DNA of 63,768 nucleotides, filler included, from Phoronis australis (lineage: Eukaryota > Animalia > Phoronida), in NCBI GenBank assembly GCA_002633005.1. It is 4 parts of 4 records of this genome, joined end to end, with 100 filler letters (N's around TTAATTAATTAA, not from the genome) between each part and the next. Parts side by side here need not be neighbours in the genome. Positions count along the whole stretch, not along the records: positions 29,641 to 59,418 come from NMRA01001196.1; positions 59,519 to 63,768 come from NMRA01002645.1; 2 more parts are not named here. One strand, 5' to 3'. Both the position numbers and the translations under genes were made by a program. Under the pieces are notes generated by a model, which saw only the letters and a program-made list of their open reading frames with translations, was not told the DNA's origin and did not search any database. Below are positions 48,540-60,178 of this stretch, piece by piece (within the stretch, counting starts at the first letter, position 1; every line of letters starts with the position of its first letter).

Positions 48540-49713
48540 TCTGTTCGGAGTAAATTCGATATATTCTTCCGTGAAATGCAGACAGGAGAACCTAGATCTG
48601 TGTTGTTTATACTTGTGATTTTTTAGCTCTAAACACACAAAACGCTTGCTATCCCGCCCAGTGGCTCGGAACCCGATCACTAGGCCCGGCGTAGCGGCCG
48701 GACTGACTCGCTATCCCGGCCAAAGATACTTGTCCCGGCCAGTGGCTCGGAACTCGATCATGCCCGTCGCGGCCGCCGGGACTGGCATGAACATAAATCA
48801 GCTTGAGTTGGAAACTAAACCTCCAGTAACGAAAATACTATAATAGTGAAATAATGTGCACGTAATTATTAATGGGAATGAAACTGAAAAGCTAATTGAT
48901 TTGCGAAGTCGGTTTCCCCTTTCAAAGACCGTCAGGGAAAAGGTTGTACAGTAACAATGATTTGAATAATGTATTTGTATTTCTAAATAAAGATTCCCCT
49001 AACATGTGACCATAGCATATATAATCGAGTAATTGTTTCACAACAGCTTTCTGTCAGCAAACACTGAATTAGTATGCGCTCACACGGCCTCGGTGCCCGG
49101 TCATTTACCTTTGTTGCAGGCATCAAAAGCCGGTAAAGCAATGGTTTATTCATTGCTGGCTTCTCAAAGCATTTGCACTCTCGAGCACTCCAAGGCATTA
49201 CAAATTGTATCTAATGAGACAGACTTTGTTTCAGTTTCATTAAGCATTGGTTAGTATGAAAATAATTCGTTTTGAAACAGAACGCAGAATAATAAACTTC
49301 TACATTGCAACTCGCCCGGCGCCAATCCTGTCTTAGTCAAGAGCTCATCCGACGAAGACTTCACGGCTCGGATCCTCAGGTTTCATAGGGCCTGGCTATA
49401 AGTTCGAACCGGAAAACACTGATCAAGTAATACTAGAGAGGCAACGGAACGTATGGATTGGATAATTACTTGGTAAGCCGACGTTCGTCAGGCACTGTCG
49501 ACGACTGCAGGCCACAGTTACGGACTCTGAGATGTTTCACGGCCTCATACTTGCTATTTACAGCGTACTTTTCATTCTTCACTATCATGAGCCACTTCCT
49601 AAGCATTTCGGTCTTTCGAGGAAGTCGAAAAAATGATTTACCCGCTTTTCTCGCAGCTGCATAGTTCGGACAAGCGGGAATGATGCACCACAACATAGCG
49701 GCATTCACTCTGA
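48540..49713 (-). mobile_element. Kolobok deletion derivative (THAP start plus opposed KolX-like start), inverted copy of 56948-58050
   Basis: Minus-strand THAP MLWCIIPACPNY...SFFRLPR...LRKWL...HLRV..CGL; plus-strand GYKFEPENTD (YxFEP, KolX-like N-terminus); sub-terminal GC-rich repeats at 48646-48780. Confidence 0.75.
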
Positions 49714-51545
49714 TTTACAGTATGAAGCTAGGAAATGATATTGGGCATAAATTTTGTTTATTAATACCATAAAGAAATCACATTTATCCGAGTACTAAGT
49801 AGTAGGCAAAGTGAATATATACATTAGACACATAAACGTTTGACACCAAGCTAAGTAGTTAAAGTGGCACGATTTGTAACATAACCCTTGTATTGCAAAA
49901 ATACATTTGGGTGGGAGCCTTTTGATGTAGTCAATACCTTTGTCGAAGGCCAGCATATCATTACAATAGACTCTTACCAAATCGTCAGTTATCATGAAGA
50001 CACCAAAAGTCCTGAATCAAAAATAAAAATAAAATTTTCTTCTTAGCCATATAAGAAAAAATCATTGTCTAGTGTAATTCAACAGCTGAATACCTTATAT
50101 TTGACATATAACGTTGGCAATCCATTGTCATGGCTATTTTGGTATTTGTACTAAAATTTCAGACAAACATTAAACAGAAGTGTCCAATAATAAATGTGAA
50201 TTGTGCTTTGTTTAGTTTGCCTAAACCGGACCTTATTATGAACCTGCCAATAATCCTTCGACAACCTGTATTGAATGTTCTCGTCAGAGGGAGGCAGTCA
50301 GGGCCGTAATAATGTTTCCACTTCACAATTGCAAAGTAAAGGTTTAGTCCTGTAATCATTAATATATAATAGCCTGGAAACAGTTTATACAAATTTTCTC
50401 AGTAAGTAACAATTATGAGTATATTTTCAGATAATTTATTTATTTGCTAAATTGAGTTATACAGTAGATATTTGTCTGAAAATTTATGTGGATTGCAAGA
50501 TAAAATTTCTGTATTAAATGAATTCATGAAACGGACCCCTGGGAGGCTGTTACTGTACTTTAATTATATCGTCACAATTATCGTACTGCCCCCTCTCTCC
50601 CTCCGCAGTCGCTTCCACTTTCGAGAGGCACATAAAGCGACGAGACAGGGGCCCCTGATTCATGCATGTCCCTAAGCTTATTTTATTTAGGTCAGTGCTT
50701 CCCCCGCTTGCAACAAATTTTGAGTTACTCCCGCGAGGAAAAGATGTGGACCATATTTTGCACAGGGCCCCAGCCAGTAGCTTATTTAGGTAAATGGATA
50801 AGAATTACTGCATACAGTAATAAATGTGAATAAATGACAGTATACAAACAGCCCTATCAGTCTTCCCATATAGCACACACTCTCAGCCTATGCAAATTTG
50901 CTTTTTTGTTATTCTCAAAGCCTATTGGCTGTTCAATTGACACACAACAAAAAATGATTAGGTTTGTCACAATTCAATTTCAGACAGTTGTTACCTATTG
51001 CTAACTGCAACAGATTCAACGCTGCATTGACAACACTCAGCACCATTCTGAAGTGAAACAACGCTCTGACACAGACTGCACACATGTGGATCTAGGATGT
51101 TGTCAGGGGGTAGCTTTGGAAGGAAAAATAAAAAAGGCTATTCCAAATGTCATGCCAGCTGTGTATTCTTTCACAGAGTAAGATTTGTGCATGGAGAGGG
51201 CGCTTAACTGCATTTCCAAAATTGTCTTTATAAGAAATACTCACAGGCATGAGCAAAACACAGGTGACAGGTTGCTTCTTATAGATCTTTTCACCTTACA
51301 GTGGACACTTGTCCGCATCTTCTACAGGTAAAGCATAATGACAATCACACTACTGGTGATATCCACTAATACCCATGGTGCATGGACACATCAAGTTGGA
51401 TACAGTGCCTTTAATCTCAAAAATACTTACTTGAGGCTGAAAAAACAAACCACATTATTTTTGAGTTGCAGTTAAAAATGACCTCACCATGAAGGGGGAT
51501 GTTGTTTTCAGCAACATTCTTGTTGGCGTGAATAGGTTCGAGGTT

Positions 51546-51654
51546 AATAAAAGGATTAACTCGAACCAGTCTCTTCAGTCTATAATGGCACCGAAAGCTA
51601 TTACCACCGGTCTGTAACAACCTGCGCTCACCCACACACGGGGGAAAAGTGACA
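51546..51654 (+). mobile_element. 3' fragment of an LTR related to 37765-38271
   Basis: TTAATAAAA.GATTAACT.GAACCAGTCT...GCACCGAAAGCTATTA.CACCGGTCTGTAACAACCTGCGC.CACCCACACACGGGG...GTGACA; no PBS follows. Confidence 0.85.
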
Positions 51655-51779
51655 GTTTTATGCTATAAAAGTATGACTTTGAATCTTTGCATTGGTCTTC
51701 TAGGTTTTGTCCACAATTCAATGGGAAACACAACTTGGAAGAAATAATATTCTTTGAGAACGTACGCCGGTTCCCGCTA

Positions 51780-52810
51780 ATGACATTAATGGATAAATTT
51801 CCACAGGTGCTGATTACCAGCACACACTCAGATGCAAATCTCACACTCTTTGTGAAGATTTGAAGGTTATTGGCTCTTATATGTGATTTACTGTCATGCC
51901 GTTGTGAGTTTATGAACTGCATAGAGTAGGCATCACATTTTGTGAAAACGTGAAACCTTATGCATAAATGTCTTGGTAAGTCTCTTCTATGTGTCCAGAA
52001 GTAAGCATCATGTGTTTTGTGAATGTGGAAAACTTAGATATTGCCGTGAATCACTGTTGTGCGTCCAGATGGAAGTAACACATACTTTGTGAAAAACAAG
52101 AAACCTGGTACATGAACATGTCTGTTAAACCACTTGGAGTATATGCATCGAGAAGGGGCCATTACTGTGGTTGTGAAAATGTGAAAAAGCTGGTTCATAA
52201 ATGTCATTGTGAGTCACTTACCCTCTTCCAGACGAAAGTTTAAAGAAGATACAGAACACATTGTTTAAGGCTCTGTGTGAACCACTTCTATGCTTTCTGA
52301 AAGGGCTTAGATGTCTTTGTGAATCGTTCTAGTGTACAAAGACGAAAGTTTCACTTTTTTAAAAATACGAAACCTGGGTCATCGATGTCTTTTTGAATAT
52401 GTACTTACCGATGCAGTTGTCACATATCTTATGAAAATGTAAAGACTAAGGCTCAGTGTTGCGTGAAAACTGGTGCATAGTTACCTTTGCGAATGACGTC
52501 TATATGTCCTGCTGCAAGATCCATATTAATTTGTTGTTAGTGCAACAGATGTACGCAGTCGTCTTGATACCAACATCACATACTAAGTTTAAGTGTGACC
52601 CTGAAGAGCAGTTGCATTGTAGTGATCTTAGTTACCTGTTTTCGGTAAGATATGTGTCTCAATAAATCACCTTTTGCAATCCTTTGACTTATATTTTTTT
52701 GAAAATGTTAACTCTGCACTACGCCTTGTATTTGTGATCAATCTGGCATGAAAACATCTTGTTATGTTATTTTTGCAAGCATCATCTGCTTTGTGAAACT
52801 GTAGAAAACA
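51780..52810. repeat. Decayed tandem array (~70-90-bp period)
   Basis: Recurrent TTGTGAAAA.GTGAAA...ATGTC.TTGTGA.TC motifs at ~51851, 51940, 52018, 52088, 52172, 52430 and 52792. Confidence 0.45.
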
Positions 52811-55308
52811 AAAGCCCTCTACTTGTACATGTATATGTGAAATACATATCCACCTTGCATGCACCACTTGTCAACGCAAACACACTAATGGGGGTACATC
52901 TGCCTTTCACAAATAATGGTCTCAATCTGCCACTTTGTTTATTTATGAGAATCATAATGATGGAAAGATGGTAATAGAACTATATTTTTGACGTCAGCCA
53001 GGTATTATAGATGGAGATTTGTAACCGAACGGTCCACGCATTTTGTTTACCCGAATAGGTAAACTGCTTAAGTTTCGCTTCTAAGTTTGTTAGGAGAAAC
53101 TAACAGTATTAAGAAAAGAAACCCGTTAGGTTAAAAAGCAACATTGCGATTGAACTTATTTGAAACCTAGCTGGGTCACCTACTAATGATATTGATAATG
53201 ATAAAAACTACAACGATAACGTTAATAGTTATAGTGGTTATGCTAATCATCACACATGATTTTAATCCAGATTTGGAAATTGGTTAAGATAACAAGCGCT
53301 ATGAAAATATCGAAATCACATGCAGGCCTATGAATGGGAATGCACTTTTAATTTTGTAGCTTATAGTCGCAAATGATTAGTATTCTTTAATACTCAACGG
53401 CACTTAGGACTGGTATGCCTCTACGGTATACTGAGGCGACATGGAGGGCGTCGGTGCAGAAGTCTCCGTTGTTTCATTCAGCCTAGAGCACTCAGCACCC
53501 GAAAAACCAATATCGTCCAACTTTACAACGTCTCCTTGACAGCTTATGGAAATTTGAATATTTCAATACATGTTTTGACATTACATTTGCGGGTATTTTT
53601 AATTTACGAGGGCTTAAACCAGCACCGCTTATAGCCTCAGGCGCTTACCATGTCCACTTGGCCTCCAATCCGTGGACGTTAAAATCAAGCATTTTCGCGA
53701 GATTATTTCCTCTCAGCCCGCCTTCCGAACGAGTCCAGGTGATCACGACAGACGACATGCATCATGATGGTTTAAGTTAGAGAGAAAGGGCCAAAAGTAC
53801 AAAAAATGATAAAATTTTTGCACTCATCTGTAGGGTCTTCGATGTGAAATGACTAAAAACTTTTCATTTTTGCACTTAGTTGTGTACAAAGTTCAAAAAA
53901 GTGACAAGACCATTGGTTTGAATCTTATTTTTGTAACTAGTTTTCTTTGAAAGCAAGAATGAATTTACATGGACGGGAAAATGTTTTGACGTTTACGGTA
54001 TATATTCATGTTAACCAGCTCGTCTGTTGACGTTTTTCAACCAATGTATTATTCATTTTAGTCTTTCAACGGTTACCAAGCATAATAAACACCCATACAG
54101 GTCAATAAAATACGTGAAATGACGTGGCATAGCCAGCAATAGCAAACTATTGTCAAGGGGTGATGCAGTCTGGAAATTTGAATAACATTTGAATTAAAGT
54201 TGCTGTTACCAAATTTAGTTGAATAAAACGGCTAAAATTCAAATTGGAGTGATTTTCTCATATTTCGTACATTCAAAACGGGTACTAACATGCCCAAACC
54301 AGCAGTAATGTACGACGGTCAAGGATAGAACAAGGAGGCAACCGGTGGGGATTGGTGTCGGGGAGGGAGATTGACGACCAAGGGGCGGAAAAATAAAAAG
54401 AACAACAACAAGAATAACAATCTAAGAGGAGAGTACGCCAATGTTTGTATTGACTTAGCTTGACAAAAAATAAGTTCACACAGGTGCGTTTCAGAGACAT
54501 TCGATCACAAAAAATCTCGCAAGTTAAAGACAAGTGTTTCGCGACTAAGCTCCTGAACTCATTTCAAATGTAATGTTGAAATACGGGGTAAGACTTGGTG
54601 TTTCTGATGCATAGGAGAAGTTTTCTCACCCCAAGTGTTTGCAAATGCCTTAGGTCTACGCAACAGATCCTCGGTAATCTTTACTCCGGACTCCAGTTCT
54701 GGGCTGCATGTGAAGTACATGTACAACGTATTAGGCCGTACCGGCAACTAAGTGACATTTCTTTGCATTACACTGTACACACATTTGTGTTTTAAAGGGC
54801 ACTAAACCCTGTTACATGGCCTTTGATTTCTTAATATTCGGCCTCATTCCCCTCTCAAAAAATCGCGCACAATTCGCCCATCGGGTCAAAAAATCCCCCT
54901 AGTAGTTTTAACCTCAGACAACCTTAAAAATATCAAACCCACTGACTTTAGTCGCGAGGCCGCCAGACACTGGGAACGTCAAATATTGGTTTCCCTATAA
55001 ATAAGGTCCACATGCAGGAGTACTAGAACCAGTTTTGCATTATTTCACTCTCTCGTATTGAAAGAAAAATAAAAGACAGCTTCCGTTCGTCTGCGGTTCA
55101 AAATGAAACACATGCAAGTCCTACAAGAAAAGTATTGTGATAAGCCATGCGGCGGAGCTTAGAAACATGTAGGAAAGCGTGTTTTCACTTATGAACTTGC
55201 AGTGCATTCCTCTCAGAAGCAGTCTCAAGCAGACTGCGTTTGAACAGCTAGCTAATCACGATTATTCATTTACACTGTGGCCAAAAACACTGCCCCCGTC
55301 ATTGTCAG

Positions 55309-55584
55309 TATATGTTATATACAGCGTGCAGATTCGCAACTCCGACGTTTTCTCGCGTATGCTAGAGGATGTGCCACTCTCCTAAATTATCTGTTTCAGT
55401 TTCCGGTTAGTGTATTGTGACGACACAACAGCCGACCATTAGCAGACTACATACTTGCCGGAAATAAAACCTGCTAATTTGGCCAGGTGTCACTAGGGAA
55501 TAATGACGTCATTGCTGCTGTAAGAGCACAGATTTTGTCCTTTGAAAGTATACGGAGTTGGCGGTCCATGTACTATAGTCTATG
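55309..55584 (-). mobile_element. Miniature (276-bp) derivative of the P-like CATAG element
   Basis: 55430-55584 is the reverse complement of 44105-~44270 (through ATG GTC GGC TGT TGT), joined directly to sequence matching ~47870-47974. Flanks TTGTCAG/GTGTCCG match at 5 of 7 positions (decayed TSD). Confidence 0.8.
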
Positions 55585-56789
55585 GTGTCCGGTAAGAACA
55601 TTTAAGAATTGGTCTTCTTGTCTATTCACTGAGGTGCACGAAGTACTGAATGGTCAAATTCAAGGAAGTGTAACACTATACACTGTTTGGATAGATCAAA
55701 TTCTAAAGGCATTTTCAAAAACAATGCTTTTAGTAAAAATCTATACCTTTGTCCATATTTAGCTAAATACACATACTGGTCAATAAGCCCTGACCTGATT
55801 ACTGAGTCATAGAATACAATATGATAATTAGTTATTACAATTGTCATTTAATTTGCGCAAATCATGTCATATTTGAATACTTAGCAGACTCTGTAAAGAG
55901 CTTTCAAATTTTTCCAAACATTTTGGGATTGACTAGGCTTAAAGAACATAATTTTATTTGAGAAATCTGGGTGGGAAGTCGCTGTCAATCTATTAATGCA
56001 TGTAGGCCAGAACTGGGTTCAGCAAACTTTTGACTTAATATCGCATTGTTGTTGAAGTACCTATTGGCCTCACTGGTATGCGCTACAATGTATTAATTGG
56101 TGCACAATTTACATTTTGTTGCTTTGACCGGTGTTGTGACGTGTTAGTAGGGGGTCAGTGCACTGTTGTCCCCGGGCCCACGTTTCCTTGCATTGCTCAT
56201 GGCTTAAACGGTCGTATGTACAGGTACGCACACGCACGACAAACGAAAACTACGTTTTATTTTTGTTTTCCGCAGGATCTTTCTATGCTACGTACACACC
56301 GTTGACTAAGATTCAAATCGAATAAAAACTCCAGAACCTTTGAAGTTGGATAAGTAATGAACAAATTTCCACGCGGCTGGAGGTGGTTCCGCAAAACTTT
56401 TTTCTCGCCACATGTTATGTATTTCGTTTTTTGAAGTTCCCCACTAATGAAGGCGTATTTTGCTAGAAAGATGTGGAATATTGCAAAAAATGGCCAATTT
56501 TTGTGAACAAGATTTGAGTTCACCAAAGTGAGTCCTTTGGCTCATACTTTGGCGATGAATCGTGGCATTTAGTGCTGGCTCTTGGATTTGCAACGTACTC
56601 ACAATTATAGTTTTGTTAAATACTACGCTCCATAACTAATTACGAGCTCCAGCTAGGCTACGGTTCATCTATTATTTGAGAAAAATAAAACCAGGGAAGA
56701 AAACCAAATATTTTAAGGTGTATTGGGAATTTCAGGGTCACAGCTCTACAGATAATTGTTTCACAGAAGGTACCAGATAGGTACCTTAA

Positions 56790-58050
56790 AGGAGAATGCC
56801 ACCCGATTTAATTAGTCTTTTATGCCGTCTTGATCGGTCTATATCCACTTCGCCTCGCATACGGTCGACCTTACCTTGCCAAGAGATGTCGCTTTAACCT
56901 GTGAGGAAGGTGAGAAAGGACGCTAGCGACGTCAGTGGTTCATCTGCAGAGTGAATGCCGCTATGTTGCGGTGCATCGTTCCCGCTTGTCCGAACTATGC
57001 AGCTGCGAGAAAAGCGGGTATATCATTTTTTTCGACTTCCTCGAGAGACCGAAATGCTTAGGAAGTGACTCGTGATAGTGAAGAATGAAAAGTACGCTGT
57101 AAATAGCAAGTATGAGGCCGTGAAACATCTCCATGTCTGTGGCCTGCAGTCGTCGACAGTGCCTGACGAACGTCGGCTTACCAAGTAATTATCCAATCCA
57201 TACGTTACGTTGTCTGATCTTGTTCACGGCGCCTCTCTAATATTTCTGCATCACTGTATTCCTGTTCGAATTGATAGCCAGTGAAACTTAACGATCCACC
57301 TGCGAAGTCTTCGTAGGGATCGACTGATGAGCTCTCGTCTAAGTCGAGATTGTGAGTTGCCATGTTGATGTTTATTACTGAGCGTTTTGTTTCAAAATGA
57401 ATTATTCTCACCCTAACCAATACTTACATAAAACTGAAACAAAGTCTGCCTCATTAGATGCAATTTGTAATTCCTTTGGAGTGTTCGTGAGTGCAAATGA
57501 TTTGAGAAGCCAGCAATTAATAAATCACTGCGTTACCGGCTTTAGGTGCTCATGCTAATTTAGTGTTTGCTGGCAGAAACTGTTATGAAACAACTCAGTC
57601 GATTTCCACCCCACGGACTGTTAGGGGAGTCTTACATTTACATAATTAAAATATTGTCATTGTACAACTACTGCCCTGACGGTGCTGTGGCCAAAGCGGA
57701 ACCTAAATTCGCGGCTCCCGACGAGTAAGTAGATTTGCAATTCGTGTGTAATTCACCAACATAATAACGTGTGCATTACTTTGGCTCACTAGTATAGTAT
57801 TTTGTTGACTGGAAGTTTAGTTTCCAACTTTGGCTGATTTATGTTCGTGATGTCTGATCAGTTTCCGAGCCACTGGCCGGGATAACGAGTCAATCCGACC
57901 GGCCGCGACGGGCCTGATCGGGCTCCGAGCTACTGGCCAGGATAACAAGCGTTTTGTGTGGTTAGAACTCAAAAAATCACAAGTCTAAACAACACGGATC
58001 TAGGTTAGCCAGTCTGTATCTCACGGAAAATACTTCGAATTTGTCTCCGA
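56790..58050 (+). mobile_element. Kolobok deletion derivative (THAP start plus opposed KolX-like start)
   Basis: TTAA|AGGAGAATGCC terminus; THAP MLRCIVPACPNYAAARKAGISFF...HLHVCGL; minus-strand MATHNLDLDESSSVDPYEDF...GYQFEQEYSDAEILERRR; cut at ~58050 by a LINE fragment. Confidence 0.8.
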
Positions 58051-58600
58051 GAAGAAGTTACAATATCAAGCTGCCTTACTCATAACCGGAGCTTACAGGG
58101 GATCCAATAGTGTTAAGGTTTTGAATAGTCTCAAGTGGCCGAAAGTGTCTACTCGACGCAATCTTCACATGACCACATTTACTTTCAAGGTAATAAACAA
58201 TGTCAACAACGTTTCTGTCAAAAAAATATTTGATCTATACACTAGACAAGGCCATCGTAGTGATTTGAGATCCTCCACCCCATATGCAATTCCTCCGTCG
58301 TTCAGTCAGGCATTCAGAAGGTCTACAGTCATGATGTGCATCAACAACTGGAATTCTCTTCCAGTCTCTGTTAAGGAAAGCAACTCTTTTACGAGTATAA
58401 AAAATAATTTTAGAACTGTTTTTCATAATTTTGATAACTCAACACCCTTGACTCAATTATCTCTTCACCGCGATAATGAAATAGCATTGTACAGATCCAG
58501 ATGTGGCCTTTTCCTCAACTCTGACAAGTTCAGGCACAACTTTAGTAATGTCTCTCCAAACTGTAAATGTGGTGACCATCAATCTTATCCTCATAACCAT
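58050..58600 (+). mobile_element. CR1/L2-type non-LTR retrotransposon ORF2 3' fragment
   Basis: KLQYQAALLITGAYRGS...LKWPKVSTRR...WNSLP...RCGLFLNSDKFRHNF...PNCKCG...H: the post-RT C-terminal region of CR1-group LINEs. Confidence 0.85.
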
Positions 58601-59418
58601 GCGCACGGTCGGCTCGAAACTAAATGTACTTAGTAGGCTATCTTGTCCTTGTCAGTCGTACGGATGTTGTCTCTACTTGAGAATGAATTGTGAGTTGGAT
58701 GAGAATCACTAGTGGCAGTGATTGGAACTAGGCTCATTTGAAAAACATTGTAATCAATATTTCCATCCCTTGTTACCCTATGGTGTAGCCGCATCGCGCG
58801 TTTATTGCCGATGAATAACATAAAACTTTCCCTAATCGTCTGCACGATCCTCAGTGACAACTATGCAAACACCACTCAGACGAAGTTGGCTCGTCACAGC
58901 CGATTATTACGTGAAGTGGTTTGAATCAGAAGTAAATTCAAAATGATTACTAACTTAGTTATTATTATAGTTAGCAGCACCAGTAGGTGCAACATTTTTG
59001 TTTTTATTGTCCATCTATATCCTATCTTTAACGGTTACTGGGCTGGGGCGACCTTTTCTGCAAAGGTTAAAGGGCTTGCAATCAAATCGAATCTCCCGCC
59101 AGGTACAGAACAGGTTCGTATACCCTCAGTCCGAGGTGCACTTATGGTAGAATGGTGCCGGGAAAAACCAAGACAAAACGTAGTTTTGATTCTAAGGGAG
59201 TTGTGCGTCTACATGCATACGACCTTTGGCATTGAGAACGAATGCTACTGTCGCCTCAGGCCTCTGTGGTCATGAACACAGCAAATTGTGAAAAGAGATA
59301 AATCCCAACCCTAATTCCTTCTTTCAATTAATAAATTGAGATTTCAATCCTTCGGTCTCATGCTAACGACATGCTTTAACCACCGATTCTATCTTTGTTA
59401 TCCAGAGTCCAGTGGCGG

Positions 59419-59518
59419 NNNNNNNNNNNNNNNNNNNNNNNNNNNNNNNNNNNNNNNNNNNNTTAATTAATTAANNNNNNNNNNNNNNNNNNNNNNNNNN
59501 NNNNNNNNNNNNNNNNNN
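59419..59518. other. Assembly gap with artificial linker
   Basis: 100-nt N run with TTAATTAATTAA at 59463-59474. Confidence 0.97.
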
Positions 59519-60178
59519 GCTCGCATTGGATCAACGGTATCAGAAAATCTCGAATAATTCAAAAAGTAGACGTCGTAGCGCAAAATGGAAAATATCTTCT
59601 GAAAGCCCGTTCAAATCTCTATCTAAATTGGTAGTTTGGCAAAAATCCAAAAAATTTTCGAGAAAATTGAAAATTTGCCGTTTTTTTTGAAATTCAAAGT
59701 CAAATAACTCTAAAACGGTAAGTCTGAGAAATACGCTCTCGAAGACTTTTTGAAAGGCCATACTTCAAGGAATCCACATACAAAAATTCACGTCATTTGC
59801 TCTCCCCATAAAAAATGCGACACCAGAGCGATTGAAACCGTGTGAACATGCCCCACAGCCACCATCTTGAAGGTGACTTCCGGTTCAATAATTTTTTATA
59901 AAAGCTTATTAAACTCAACAATCACGTGACCAGTTTGAAAGTGATTGGTTAGCAAATGCGCCCTCTACGGGAGAAAACGTTTTTGGCCATATTTCGGGGT
60001 GCGCATGCGCCACGTCCAATATTTCCGCCATCTTTAACCGGAAGTTAACGATTTTCTGCACAATTTTAGCACATGCGTTTGAGTATATTCGTGCCGATTT
60101 TCAGCCATGTAGGTAGAAAAATGCGGCCTCTACGAGTATTTGACTGTGAAATTGGATACAAAATGGCCGCCACGTCCG
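59519..60178 (+). repeat. Interspersed repeat (HINE-like), copy 1
   Basis: Colinear similarity with 63030-63700 (TATCAGAAAATCTC...TCTTCTGAAAGCCCGTTCAAA...AAACGGTAAGTCTGAGAAA...GGTGCGCATGCGC...AAAATGGCCGCCAC). Confidence 0.8.

Noticed and set aside
44105-55584. Possible 11.5-kb composite transposon bounded by the long inverted CATAGACTATAGTACATGG repeats
   Set aside because: The outer flanks (TTTAGAT versus GTGTCCG) do not match, and each end is explained by its own element with its own TSD (44105-47974; 55309-55584).
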